This document shows positions 1-8,666 of a DNA stretch of 32,000 bases, piece by piece; within the stretch, counting starts at the first letter, position 1, and every line of letters starts with the position of its first letter. Where the stretch lies: contig NC_007614.1 in assembly GCF_000196355.1 (NCBI RefSeq), positions 1,440,001-1,472,000 on the forward strand, read 5' to 3'. Both the position numbers and the translations under genes were made by a program. This DNA comes from Nitrosospira multiformis ATCC 25196. GTDB taxonomy: Bacteria; Pseudomonadota; Gammaproteobacteria; Burkholderiales; Nitrosomonadaceae. A model generated the notes under the pieces. It did not search any database. It saw nothing but the letters and a program-made list of their open reading frames with translations, and was not told the origin of the DNA.

Positions 1-608
1 AATGCAGTAAGCGCGATAATTTTTATGACAACCAGAACTGCCGTAAACCTCGCGCTTTTTGTCGTGCCCATGACCAGCAGCACGGTGACGAACAACGACA
101 CCAGAAATGCCAGCAGGTTGAATCCTCCTGCCGATGGGGTCCCGTCCGCCCCGGCAATCGTGTCCGCCGGTCCTGCCGTCAGGGCAACCGGCAGCCCGTA
201 GCCTATTTCGTTCAGGAAGCCATTGATATAACCGGACCAGCCAACGGCTACCGCTGCTGCGGCGATCGCATACTCCAGAATCAGCGCCCAGCCGACCATC
301 CATGCGGCGAGTTCACCGAACACCGCATAAGAGTAGGTGTAGGCCGATCCTGCCACCGGTACGATCGCGGCAATTTCAGAATAGACAAGGGCGGCGAGCG
401 CGCAGACAAACCCGGCTATGAGGAAGGAAAACATCATGCCCGGACCTGCCTTGTCCGCGGCAACCGAAGTCAATACAAAGATGCCGGTGCCGATGACGGC
501 GCCAATTCCCAGCATGGTCAGATCAAATGCGCCAAGCTGTCGTTTGAGCCCTCGGGTTTCAGCCGACTCCAGAATTTGATCCACAGGTTTGACGCGCTCA
601 AACAGCAC
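1..608 (-). CDS. APC-family amino acid permease, N-terminal part (gene runs off the left edge)
   Basis: Reverse-strand reading from a possible GTG at 608 gives VLFERVKPVDQILESAETRGLKRQLGAFDLTMLGIGAVIGTGIFVLTSVAADKAGPGMMFSFLIAGFVCALAALVYSEIAAIVPVAGSAYTYSYAVFGE, which is typical of cationic amino-acid/APC permeases. Start codon uncertain. Confidence 0.85.
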   Translation of the reverse strand, partial: MLFERVKPVDQILESAETRGLKRQLGAFDLTMLGIGAVIGTGIFVLTSVAADKAGPGMMFSFLIAGFVCALAALVYSEIAAIVPVAGSAYTYSYAVFGELAAWMVGWALILEYAIAAAAVAVGWSGYINGFLNEIGYGLPVALTAGPADTIAGADGTPSAGGFNLLAFLVSLFVTVLLVMGTTKSARFTAVLVVIKIIALTA

Positions 609-815
609 AATGTCTCTCCAGTAATAAATGCAAAGGATTTCAGTTGGATTTTAACCGGTTTCGCTCAAGCTCGGCGGTTGCGGGCAAGATCGTTATTTTA
701 AACCAGCAGACCGCCGCAAACCAAAATGCTGTGGGGAAAACGGCCAGGCTGAGGAAGAATTATCGCAGGAATGCGCGGGACGGCGGCAATTCATGGGTCG
801 CCAGAGGAGTGAAGC

Positions 816-2924
816 TCACTGCCTGATCAGCCTTCTGAGCACGTCTGCCAGGACAACAGGAAGCGTTTCCGCCTGCTGCAATACGGCGTAGTGCCGGGCG
901 CCAAACACCCGGGCAAGATATTGCGGCGCCTGCCGGTCGACGGTAATGCAGAACGGATGAATAGCCTGGAGACGGGCTTCCGTCACGGCCTGGCGCATGT
1001 CTTCCACTCCGTAGCGCCCCTCATAGCGATCGACATCGTTGGGTTTTCCGTCCGACAGCAGGATAAGCAGGCGATACCGGGCGCTGGTGGCGGCGAGCAG
1101 GCTGGTGGTGTGGCGAATCGCAGCTCCCGCGCGCGTGTAGAGCTGCGGTTCCAATGCTGCAATGCGGCGTTGCACAAGTATCCGGTCGTTCTCTTCAAAA
1201 TTCTTCAAGGGCCATAATGAGACGTTTTGGGGGCCTTCTCCCGAAAAAGCATAAATGCAGAAAGGGTCACCCAGTTTGGCCAATGCCAGATAAACGAGCA
1301 GCAGCGCTTCCTTTTCAACGTCGATGATGCGCAACTCCTGAGAAACCCAGCCATCGGTCGAACCGCTGATATCGATCAGCAATGCAACGGCAATGTCGCG
1401 CCGCGCTGCTTTTACCGATTGATACAAGCGATCCTGCGGGGGCAAGCCTGCTCGTCGTTCCGCGAAGGCATTCACCCAGGCATTGATATCGATCTCCTCT
1501 CCTTCCGGTTGGCGGTGGTAGCGAATCCGTCGCGGTCGCAGCCCCTCAAGCCGAAGCTGAACTTGCCGCAGCAGGGCGGGGCATCTTGCCACGACGGATT
1601 CTGCCCAGGCGACATCTCCCAGCAATGGCGGTTGAAGCCGAACGATGGCACCCTCCTTGTGATAACGCGAAACGCGGAAATCCCATTCAGGGTAGGCAAT
1701 GCCGTGCCTCACTCCTGTGCCGGGGAGGACGAGCGTCGTCCGTTGATCAAGGGGATCATCCGCCAGCAGGAGTTCGCGCACGGTTTTCGAAGATGAGATG
1801 AGCGGTGCTTCCGGCAGTTCGGACAGGGAATCCGCCAGATCGGCGGCATCAGCGTCATCGTCACGGTCAGCCGGCCGCTGGAGGCCCGCAGGGTCTTCGA
1901 CGTGCTGCTGCGGATCATCCTTCTGCACCATCCACATCCCTTGCATCTGGTCATCCTCATCGGGAGTTTTTTCCCGGGCTTGCGGGCGACGGGAAAGATT
2001 CGCGCTGCGCCCCGGGTTTGCGGCAGGCTGCGTCATATCCCGGAGTGCTTCCTCGTATCGGACAGGTGGATTTCCGGGGGAGGGCGGCAGCATCTTGCCC
2101 CACCACAGATCTTTGGCGCATCCCCGATAGCGAACCGCGGGCATCCTTGTTCGGGTCGAGATCTTCATGCTCATCTCTACCGCCCAGCCAAGCGAATCCT
2201 CGGGCTTCCGCGCAAGACCAAGCGGGGGAGGAATGTCATCCGGACAAGCCTTGAGTACGCCCCAATAAAGTTCTTCCACCGCCTGTTCCATCTTATTCAG
2301 AAGCGCGGGCTGCGGCCGCTGCGAAAGCATCGCGCGGCGTAAGGTCGTAAGGTCATGCCGCAGTCCGGCAAAATGAAGGGCGAGGGTATGATCTGCGGCA
2401 GCAGCTTCGCTCAGTTGGAAAAGATCAAGCGTCAACAACGCATCAGCAGGCGCCATTTGCTGTGCCCGTCGCCGGGCGCGTCCGGCTTGCTGCAGGGCGA
2501 GCAGTCGAAAGAAATGGTGCGGGGAAAGCCCGTTCTGTTCGCCCGGAGGAAGTTGCATGGGCAGGAAAATCGCGGTGCCATCGTTTGCCGGCAACGCGCG
2601 GGTTTCGATCAGATGTCGGGGAATGCGGCCAAACAGCCGGGATAGCGCAGATGGCGGCGGCGGAGGTGGGGCGACCCGCAGCGATACAGCCTGCCCGTGA
2701 ACGGCCGAGAGGAGGAATTCCAGGCGTTGGCGGCAGGCGGACAGCGTGCACGAATTATCCGGCCCGTTGTTGTCATTGTTCCACAGGCGGGATACGAAAG
2801 CAGTGGTGTGGCGGGCAGCATCGATAATGAGCCCTTCAGGTTCAGCCATGCGGAAACAGTGCTGGAAAAAGGGTATAAGAAAGAACGAGGATTCGCACGA
2901 GGAGGGTTGGCAAGGGAGATTCAA
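816..2924 (-). CDS. norD: NorD-like nitric oxide reductase activation protein (VWA domain)
   Basis: 702 aa ORF with C-terminal VWA/MIDAS motif (LLIDISGSTDGW ... ILLSDGKPNDVDRYEGRYGVEDMRQAV), directly downstream of norQ and norB. The track start at 2924 is a TTG; an alternative ATG lies at 2849. Confidence 0.93.
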   Translation of the reverse strand: MNLPCQPSSCESSFFLIPFFQHCFRMAEPEGLIIDAARHTTAFVSRLWNNDNNGPDNSCTLSACRQRLEFLLSAVHGQAVSLRVAPPPPPPSALSRLFGRIPRHLIETRALPANDGTAIFLPMQLPPGEQNGLSPHHFFRLLALQQAGRARRRAQQMAPADALLTLDLFQLSEAAAADHTLALHFAGLRHDLTTLRRAMLSQRPQPALLNKMEQAVEELYWGVLKACPDDIPPPLGLARKPEDSLGWAVEMSMKISTRTRMPAVRYRGCAKDLWWGKMLPPSPGNPPVRYEEALRDMTQPAANPGRSANLSRRPQAREKTPDEDDQMQGMWMVQKDDPQQHVEDPAGLQRPADRDDDADAADLADSLSELPEAPLISSSKTVRELLLADDPLDQRTTLVLPGTGVRHGIAYPEWDFRVSRYHKEGAIVRLQPPLLGDVAWAESVVARCPALLRQVQLRLEGLRPRRIRYHRQPEGEEIDINAWVNAFAERRAGLPPQDRLYQSVKAARRDIAVALLIDISGSTDGWVSQELRIIDVEKEALLLVYLALAKLGDPFCIYAFSGEGPQNVSLWPLKNFEENDRILVQRRIAALEPQLYTRAGAAIRHTTSLLAATSARYRLLILLSDGKPNDVDRYEGRYGVEDMRQAVTEARLQAIHPFCITVDRQAPQYLARVFGARHYAVLQQAETLPVVLADVLRRLIRQ

Positions 2925-3775
2925 TCCAGCAGCGTTGCATCTACGAGGTCTCGCATCGCGGCCACGAGGGCAGGATCATCGGATAATGGAGACACAAGCG
3001 CAACATGACAGGCCAACCGGGGGGGGATTCCGTTGGCGATGAGGCGGGCTGTTGCCACCAGCAGGCGCGTGCTGGGCACTTCGGCGAGACCCCGGTCTGC
3101 CAGGCCGCGGATGCGCCCGCCCAGTGCCACGAGATCATACGCCACCGCGGGTTGCGCGCCACTTTCGTGGATGACGATCTCGGCTTCCCGTTCAGGAGGT
3201 GGAAAATCGAAATCAAGGGCGACAAAGCGTTGGCGAGTGCTCGGCTTGAGGTCCTTGGTTACATGCTGATAACCGGGATTATATGAAATGACAAGCTGAA
3301 AACCTGGGGTGGCCTCGATCAGTTCGCCGGTTTTGTCGATAGGGAGAACCCGCCGATAGTCCGTCAAAGGGTGGATAACGACGACCGCGTCCTGCCGCGC
3401 TTCAACCACTTCGTCGAGATAGCAGATTGCGCCAACGCGAACAGCGCGCGTGAGCGGACCATCCTGCCATATGGTGGCGTTATCGCGTATCAGAAAGCGG
3501 CCCACGAGATCCGCGGCGGTCAGATCATCATGACAGGATACGATGATGAGGGGCCGCTTCATGCGCCACGCCATGTGCTCGACAAAACGCGTTTTTCCAC
3601 AGCCCGTCGGTCCTTTCAGCATGACGGCAAGGTGGCGCCGATGGCATTGCGTAAAAATGCTTACTTCATCGCCGAAAGGAAGGTAATAAGGTTCTTCAGC
3701 CTGCGGATGCGGTCCGTCCTGATGCGTATTTTCTAAAGCGGCGGGCTTGATTAATGGATTCTCCATTATCCCCAT
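2921..3775 (-). CDS. norQ: NorQ/CbbQ/NirQ-family MoxR-type AAA+ ATPase
   Basis: Walker A GPTGCGKT, CYLDEVVEARQD, SYNPGYQ; located between norB and norD. Alternative ATG start (MENPLIK...) at 3766. Confidence 0.93.
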   Translation of the reverse strand: MGIMENPLIKPAALENTHQDGPHPQAEEPYYLPFGDEVSIFTQCHRRHLAVMLKGPTGCGKTRFVEHMAWRMKRPLIIVSCHDDLTAADLVGRFLIRDNATIWQDGPLTRAVRVGAICYLDEVVEARQDAVVVIHPLTDYRRVLPIDKTGELIEATPGFQLVISYNPGYQHVTKDLKPSTRQRFVALDFDFPPPEREAEIVIHESGAQPAVAYDLVALGGRIRGLADRGLAEVPSTRLLVATARLIANGIPPRLACHVALVSPLSDDPALVAAMRDLVDATLLD

Positions 3776-5167
3776 CTATCCGCTAACGGCGGAGTTGGTA
3801 TGAGCGGCCGGCGCAAGATCGGGTGCGGATGTGCTGGAATCAATTGCCGCCACGGACCGGGGCGCAGTTCGGAAAAAATTCCAGATGAACAGGGCGGCTC
3901 CCGTGGCGAATACAGATGCGGTGGCGATCAGCATCAGGAAATGCACCTGCAGTTTCAATTGCGTATCGAGATAGCCGAGGCCGAGGATACGTTCCAGGTA
4001 AACCTGCCCGATGCCAGCCGTGCCGAAGGAGAGTGTCATGCCGAACATTCCCATCACTTGCATCCAGAACGCCCAGTACCCGATACTGCTTCCCTCCACT
4101 TTACGATCGCTGGTGAGGTGGGGCAGGGTATAGCTGACCATGGCCAGCACGGTCATGGCATAGGCGCCATAGAAAGCTCCATGGCCGTGCATGGCGGTGA
4201 TCAGTGTGCCGTGCGTCCATTTGTTGACGCTCGGCCAGGTGTGCGCGAATCCGAGCAGTCCGGCGCCAAATACCGTGAATACGGTGCTGCCGATGGTCCA
4301 GTGCACGGCCAGGGAGTTGGGGTGGGAAAGCCCCGCGCGCCGCATGGCAAAGTATGCATACATTGCCATGCCGAGGAGCGCCACCGGTTCCAGGGCGCTG
4401 AAGAAACCGCCGATAGGCAGCCAATAGTGAGGCACGCCCACCCAGTAGTAGTGATGCGCGGTGCCCAGGATACCGGCCATGAAAACCAGGCCGACGATCA
4501 CGTACAACCATTTTTCCATGACTTCCCGATCGGCGCCGGACAATCGTATCAGCAGATACGCGAGCAGTCCGCCTTGTATCATCTCCCATACGCCTTCCAC
4601 CCACAAGTGGATCGTCCACCAGCGATAGAAAATGCTGACGGTATAATTTTCATATTCGATCAGCGCCGGCAGATACAGGATTGCCGCAAACGCCAGGCCG
4701 GCTACCAGCACTCCTTCGGTAACGGTCCAGCGTCCCGCCCGCTTGATTGTCATAAGGATGTTATACAGGAACATCAGCATGACAATGACAATCACGATCT
4801 TTAGCGGGAACGGTTGCTCCAGCATTTTGTTGCCGGCGGTCCAGCCGAACACATAACCGACAATGGCTGTCACTCCCATCAGTGTCCAGGCGATAAGCTG
4901 GATGTAGGCCAGCTTGACGCTATAGATTTCGCTGCGCGATTCCTCCGGCACCACGTAGTAGGTTGCGCCCATGAAGCCGGTAAGCACCCAGACAATCAGA
5001 AGATTGGTGTGGATGGCCTTGGTTTTGTCGAAAGGGAGGAAATCCAGAAGCGGGTCGGGCCCCAGGTACTTGCTCGCCGTGAGCAGCCCGAATACCAGTT
5101 GCAGGCCGAACAGGCACATGGCGACAGCGAAATACCAGTATGCGATCGACTGTGAGCGGTAGCGCAT
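3776..5167 (-). CDS. norB: Nitric oxide reductase cytochrome b subunit
   Basis: 463 aa multi-helix heme-copper oxidase family protein (TNLLIVWVLTGFMGATYYVVPEE; ENYTVSIFYRWWTIHLWVEGVWEMIQGGLLAYLL; MAGILGTAHHYYWVGVPHYWLPIGG; HGHGAFYGAYAMTVLAM). Confidence 0.96.
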   Translation of the reverse strand: MRYRSQSIAYWYFAVAMCLFGLQLVFGLLTASKYLGPDPLLDFLPFDKTKAIHTNLLIVWVLTGFMGATYYVVPEESRSEIYSVKLAYIQLIAWTLMGVTAIVGYVFGWTAGNKMLEQPFPLKIVIVIVMLMFLYNILMTIKRAGRWTVTEGVLVAGLAFAAILYLPALIEYENYTVSIFYRWWTIHLWVEGVWEMIQGGLLAYLLIRLSGADREVMEKWLYVIVGLVFMAGILGTAHHYYWVGVPHYWLPIGGFFSALEPVALLGMAMYAYFAMRRAGLSHPNSLAVHWTIGSTVFTVFGAGLLGFAHTWPSVNKWTHGTLITAMHGHGAFYGAYAMTVLAMVSYTLPHLTSDRKVEGSSIGYWAFWMQVMGMFGMTLSFGTAGIGQVYLERILGLGYLDTQLKLQVHFLMLIATASVFATGAALFIWNFFRTAPRSVAAIDSSTSAPDLAPAAHTNSAVSG

Positions 5168-5175
5168 GGCTTCTC

Positions 5176-5994
5176 CTATTTCAAGGTTTCGAGATAAGCA
5201 ACGAGACTGTCGATTTGTTGTGGCTCAAGATCGACAGCAAAATTATCGGGCATAAACGACTGGCTGTTGGCGGAATACATGGCTCCAGGAACGAGATAGG
5301 CACTGGGATGGGTAATGGATTCGCGAATATAGTCGGTAGGCGTCTTCGCTTCTCCCTTATATTCGGGAGAGGCAATGATCGCCGCCGCACGGGTGGCAAG
5401 CCCGGCGAGAGAGGGTCCTGCCAGGTTTACCCCAGAAGCAATCGAATGGCAGGCATTGCAGGCGGGAGGTGAGGAGCGGAAGAGCGCTTCCCCCTGCGCG
5501 ACCGGATCCGTAGAAACGGAAGCATGGGTTGGAGATTGGCCGACATCGGTACCTGGAATCGTTGTGCCGGATACGATAATGGGACGCGGTGGCCAACCCT
5601 GGTTATCGATATGACCGACCCAATCGAGAAAGGTGATGACCTCGCTGATTTCCGCATCGCTCAGTTTCGGGTTCGGCATCAGGCGCCGGTGCTTTTCCTC
5701 CGAGTAGAACTGGGAAGGGTCCTTCAGGAATGCGGTGAGATAAGGCGTGCCCCGCTGCTGGGTAATCTTGGTCAGATCGGGCGCATAGTAACCTCCCTCT
5801 CCCAGAAGGGTATGGCAGTTGATGCAGTTGTTGTTATGCCAGACGTCTTTTCCCCTGATGATCTCCGGTGTCAGCTTGTCTTCATTGGTAAGCCCGGGAA
5901 AGCGTCGATGACTGTCGACTGTAAGGCCAATGAAGGCGGTGGCGGAAATAAGGGTGCAAATGATAAAAAAAAGCCGTCCCTGTCGTTTGGTCAT
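5176..5994 (-). CDS. norC: Nitric oxide reductase cytochrome c subunit with a second C-terminal cytochrome c domain
   Basis: 272 aa with N-terminal TM anchor, NorC-like NNCINCHTLLGEGGYYAPDLTKI, and a second CxxCH motif PPACNACHSI followed by a cytochrome c-like domain. Purine-rich AAAGAGGT upstream of the ATG. Confidence 0.92.
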   Translation of the reverse strand: MTKRQGRLFFIICTLISATAFIGLTVDSHRRFPGLTNEDKLTPEIIRGKDVWHNNNCINCHTLLGEGGYYAPDLTKITQQRGTPYLTAFLKDPSQFYSEEKHRRLMPNPKLSDAEISEVITFLDWVGHIDNQGWPPRPIIVSGTTIPGTDVGQSPTHASVSTDPVAQGEALFRSSPPACNACHSIASGVNLAGPSLAGLATRAAAIIASPEYKGEAKTPTDYIRESITHPSAYLVPGAMYSANSQSFMPDNFAVDLEPQQIDSLVAYLETLK

Positions 5995-6040
5995 CGATAC
6001 CTCTTTGAAATGTTAGAGACGAGTACTGCTACGGCAGAGT

Positions 6041-6172
6041 TTATACGCTGATGCCGTACCAGTTCTTGAGCGAGATCAGGGCGGCGTAGGTTATCGCCAG
6101 CGCGATTGATATGATTACGACGATACTTAGGATTTTGAAGGGAAGAAAATAGCGGGGTGTGCGTGGCAGCAT
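6041..6172 (-). CDS. Small membrane protein (43 aa) at the head of the nor operon
   Basis: Reverse strand ATG at 6172 preceded by GGAG: MLPRTPRYFLPFKILSIVVIISIALAITYAALISLKNWYGISV*. One predicted TM helix; ends about 46 nt before norC. It is the in-frame tail of the longer track ORF 6041..6448. Confidence 0.6.
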   Translation of the reverse strand: MLPRTPRYFLPFKILSIVVIISIALAITYAALISLKNWYGISV

Positions 6173-6479
6173 GACAACTCCAGGTTTTACTATGGGGAAG
6201 TGGTGCGAGGAATCCGGCTTCTGTTGGATTTGGAACTCTAATCCATAGAATAGTATAAATGGGGAAAGTTTTGTTGACGCCGGGCAGGTCTGCCATCTCT
6301 TTTGCCGGATGGATCTGGAGCAAGGGGGTAAGGGATTTGGGGATTTAAGGGATTTGGCTCGAATGGGAGCATGAGTTGGTAATGAACGTTTGCTATCCCG
6401 CTCCTCTCCAACTGAAGAGAGAGAACGTCGATATACGTTTGTTCGCAATTATCATCGTCGGTTTACTTATGGAGGAAAT

Positions 6480-6680
6480 ATGAATACTGACTATAAAGGA
6501 TACACGATCATTACTGCACCGGAGCGGGACGATCCCAGCGGTCTCTGGAATGGCCGCTACAGGATAATGGACGATGAAGGCATAGTGGTTTACGAAAGCT
6601 TCGTGGAGCCTTTGCGCGACGAAGACAAGGCATATGAGGCAGCTAATGCGGCGGCCCGTGCGTGGATAGACGGGCAGTAA
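6480..6680 (+). CDS. Small hypothetical protein (66 aa)
   Basis: ATG at 6480 preceded by GGAGG; MNTDYKGYTIITAPERDDPSGLWNGRYRIMDDEGIVVYESFVEPLRDEDKAYEAANAAARAWIDGQ; soluble, domain-like composition. Confidence 0.7.
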   Translation: MNTDYKGYTIITAPERDDPSGLWNGRYRIMDDEGIVVYESFVEPLRDEDKAYEAANAAARAWIDGQ

Positions 6681-7003
6681 ATTAAGGCCTCCGGCAAATC
6701 CGTCGTTCCAGTCGATCAGCACATCCCCGTGATCGGGTACGCCGTGTATAGCTGAAGCCTCTGGGCGGCGCACTACCTCGGGGGTCAGGATGGTGGATAG
6801 CGACTTGCTTGAGCAAGTAAAACTAACCGACCTCGACGATAGGTTTCCCACATCTGCAATACCCGGCATCGTACTGTTCGATGACGTACGGATGATTTGC
6901 GATCCTCCTGATCTAATAACCAGGGTGTTTTTTGCCACGGTTCCTTTTCTCACAGCCCGGCGCTTATTCATAGTCATTTGTTTTTCATAAGGAGATCCAT
7001 TCT

Positions 7004-7291
7004 ATGAATAAAAAACCGTTTGTTGCGATTTTCTTGTCCATTCTCCTGGCATTTTCAGGCTCGGTTTTTGCCGATGAGGATGAAGAAGTTCAATGGGACG
7101 ATGTTCCCCCTGCAGTTCAGAAAACGATAACTGAAAACATGAACGGGGGCATAATCGAGGAGATCGAGAAAGAAACTGAAAGGATAAGTGGCAGGAAGAC
7201 AAGAATTTATGAGGCTGGTGTCAGGCTGCCCGACGGAAAGAAGATCGAGATCAAGGTTGGCAAGGATGGGAAGCTTATCGACAAAGATTGA
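7004..7291 (+). CDS. PepSY-like small secreted/periplasmic protein
   Basis: Signal peptide MNKKPFVAIFLSILLAFSGSVFA followed by PPAVQKTITENMNGGIIEEIEKET...YEAGVRLPDGKKIEIKVGKDGKLI, a PepSY-like pattern. Confidence 0.7.
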   Translation: MNKKPFVAIFLSILLAFSGSVFADEDEEVQWDDVPPAVQKTITENMNGGIIEEIEKETERISGRKTRIYEAGVRLPDGKKIEIKVGKDGKLIDKD

Positions 7292-7363
7292 TCAGGGGCT
7301 TTTATATTCTGCCTTTGAGTTCACACGGACTGCTATCAGTCATATTAGTCATTCCAAATGAAG

Positions 7364-7397
7364 AACCTTGTGGACCAATAGCACTGTCCACAAGGTT
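7364..7397. terminator. Stem-loop, 12-bp perfect stem, downstream of the PepSY-like gene
   Basis: AACCTTGTGGAC - CAATAGCACT - GTCCACAAGGTT; only a short T run follows. Confidence 0.45.
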
Positions 7398-7536
7398 TCT
7401 ACACCTTATGGATTTGTCTACACAAACGCATCTTCCTGATATGATTTTCAGCTTGACAGCTTGAAGATGCCTACTTTTGATTGCCCTTTTTTGCCTCGTC
7501 AAGACAACCTCAAGAAATCCCGGACAGGAAATTAAT

Positions 7537-7644
7537 CTATCGCGCAATAAATCCCTTTCTCCGCCGGACCATCGTTCCCATCAATCCCAAGCCAGCGAGC
7601 AGTATAGCGTAAGTTTCCGGTTCGGAAACCGGGGAGAAAGAGGG
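7537..7644 (-). pseudogene. Orphan PEP-CTERM tail (remnant of a PEP-CTERM protein gene)
   Basis: Reverse strand reads PSFSPVSEPETYAILLAGLGLMGTMVRRRRKGFIAR*, preceded immediately by an in-frame TAA with no start codon. Confidence 0.7.
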
Positions 7645-7999
7645 TTAACGCCAGTATCAGTATAAGAAAGCTCTATTCTGGATTTTTTCCCGGCTTTTCT
7701 TCCGGTAACCGCAAAACAGGAAAAACCAGGAATATCGAGAAAAGCCAGAAAAGGAACATAGATTCTCCATTGCTGCTGGGTCCTCCTTTCCCGGCAGCTT
7801 TTAGTCCGCCAGGCCACTATCAGGCAGGTCAGCCATATTTTTATTCCAGAGTCTGCTGGCGATCACCGGCAGGCTTTCTCATGATATATCCAGAGAAAAC
7901 AGGAGCGGGTGACGTCTGTCCAAGTGAGCCGGAGCAATGATGAGGAACAGAAGCAGATGAAGAGTGGGGAAAAAGATTGGGGTAGATTGTGTCGGGATA

Positions 8000-8019
8000 G
8001 CCCCTCCCGGAGGAGGGGC
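8000..8019 (-). terminator. GC-rich hairpin downstream of the PEP-CTERM gene
   Basis: GCCCCTCC-CGGA-GGAGGGGC, 8-bp perfect stem just beyond the stop of the minus-strand ORF at 8040. Confidence 0.35.
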
Positions 8020-8039
8020 GGCGCCAGAGCCAGATCAGT

Positions 8040-8666
8040 TCAAGCGCTTTTTTTACTGTTCCTGCCTTTCACCATGACACCCATCAACCCGAGCCCTGCA
8101 AGCAGCATGGCATAGGTTTCCGGTTCAGGAACTGGGGGAACCTGACCAATGGTGGGAGCCTGAGTGATTGTAAAGGTCATCGTATTGCCCTGACCCGGAT
8201 CGAAGGGGCTGATCATGAAGCCTGCCGTAACAGCAGGGTCTCCGCTTGCCAGGCTTCCGCTAAAGTCAAGATTACGCGGTCCGCTCGACTGGTCAAGAGA
8301 GAAGCCCGAAAGTACCGAGTTGTTGTGCTGGGTGAACACGACTCCATTGCCCCGATCAGGTTCTCCGATCGTGTAGTGAAAGTCGGTCCAAAGTTGGCTG
8401 GAGCTATTGATGACCGCTTCTTTCACCGTGTAGGGATTACCCGGGCCTGTGCTATGTTCGACAGTAAACGTCAGGACAATTGGATCAACGCTATTGAAGA
8501 CTTTGGTCAGATCCAGTACTCGATTGGTATCATCTATCGTGTAGTTAAATGACCCCAGACCGTCACCGCTTGCTGTTATATTGGTAATGACGCCTGCGGC
8601 CGATGCAGCGGAAATGGAACCTCCGAATGTTAAAGCAGCTATCGCTATCTTGGAAAAATTATTCAT
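8040..8666 (-). CDS. PEP-CTERM sorting domain-containing protein
   Basis: Signal peptide MNNFSKIAIAALTFGGSISAASA and C-terminal PPVPEPETYAMLLAGLGLMGVMVKGRNSKKSA. Confidence 0.93.
   Translation of the reverse strand: MNNFSKIAIAALTFGGSISAASAAGVITNITASGDGLGSFNYTIDDTNRVLDLTKVFNSVDPIVLTFTVEHSTGPGNPYTVKEAVINSSSQLWTDFHYTIGEPDRGNGVVFTQHNNSVLSGFSLDQSSGPRNLDFSGSLASGDPAVTAGFMISPFDPGQGNTMTFTITQAPTIGQVPPVPEPETYAMLLAGLGLMGVMVKGRNSKKSA

Noticed and set aside
644-826. 60-aa ORF between norD and the permease
   Set aside because: No convincing RBS or domain; sits in an intergenic gap.
3800-4804. 334-aa plus-strand ORF opposite norB
   Set aside because: His/Gln-rich shadow of norB; norB itself is strongly supported.
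6803-6818. 16-nt palindrome ACTTGCT-TG-AGCAAGT
   Set aside because: Short, with a 2-nt loop; unsurprising by chance in 32 kb.
6393-6977. 194-aa minus-strand ORF overlapping the 66-aa plus-strand gene
   Set aside because: The plus-strand 66-aa ORF has a strong GGAGG site and protein-like sequence; the minus ORF is low-quality and Ser/Arg-rich.
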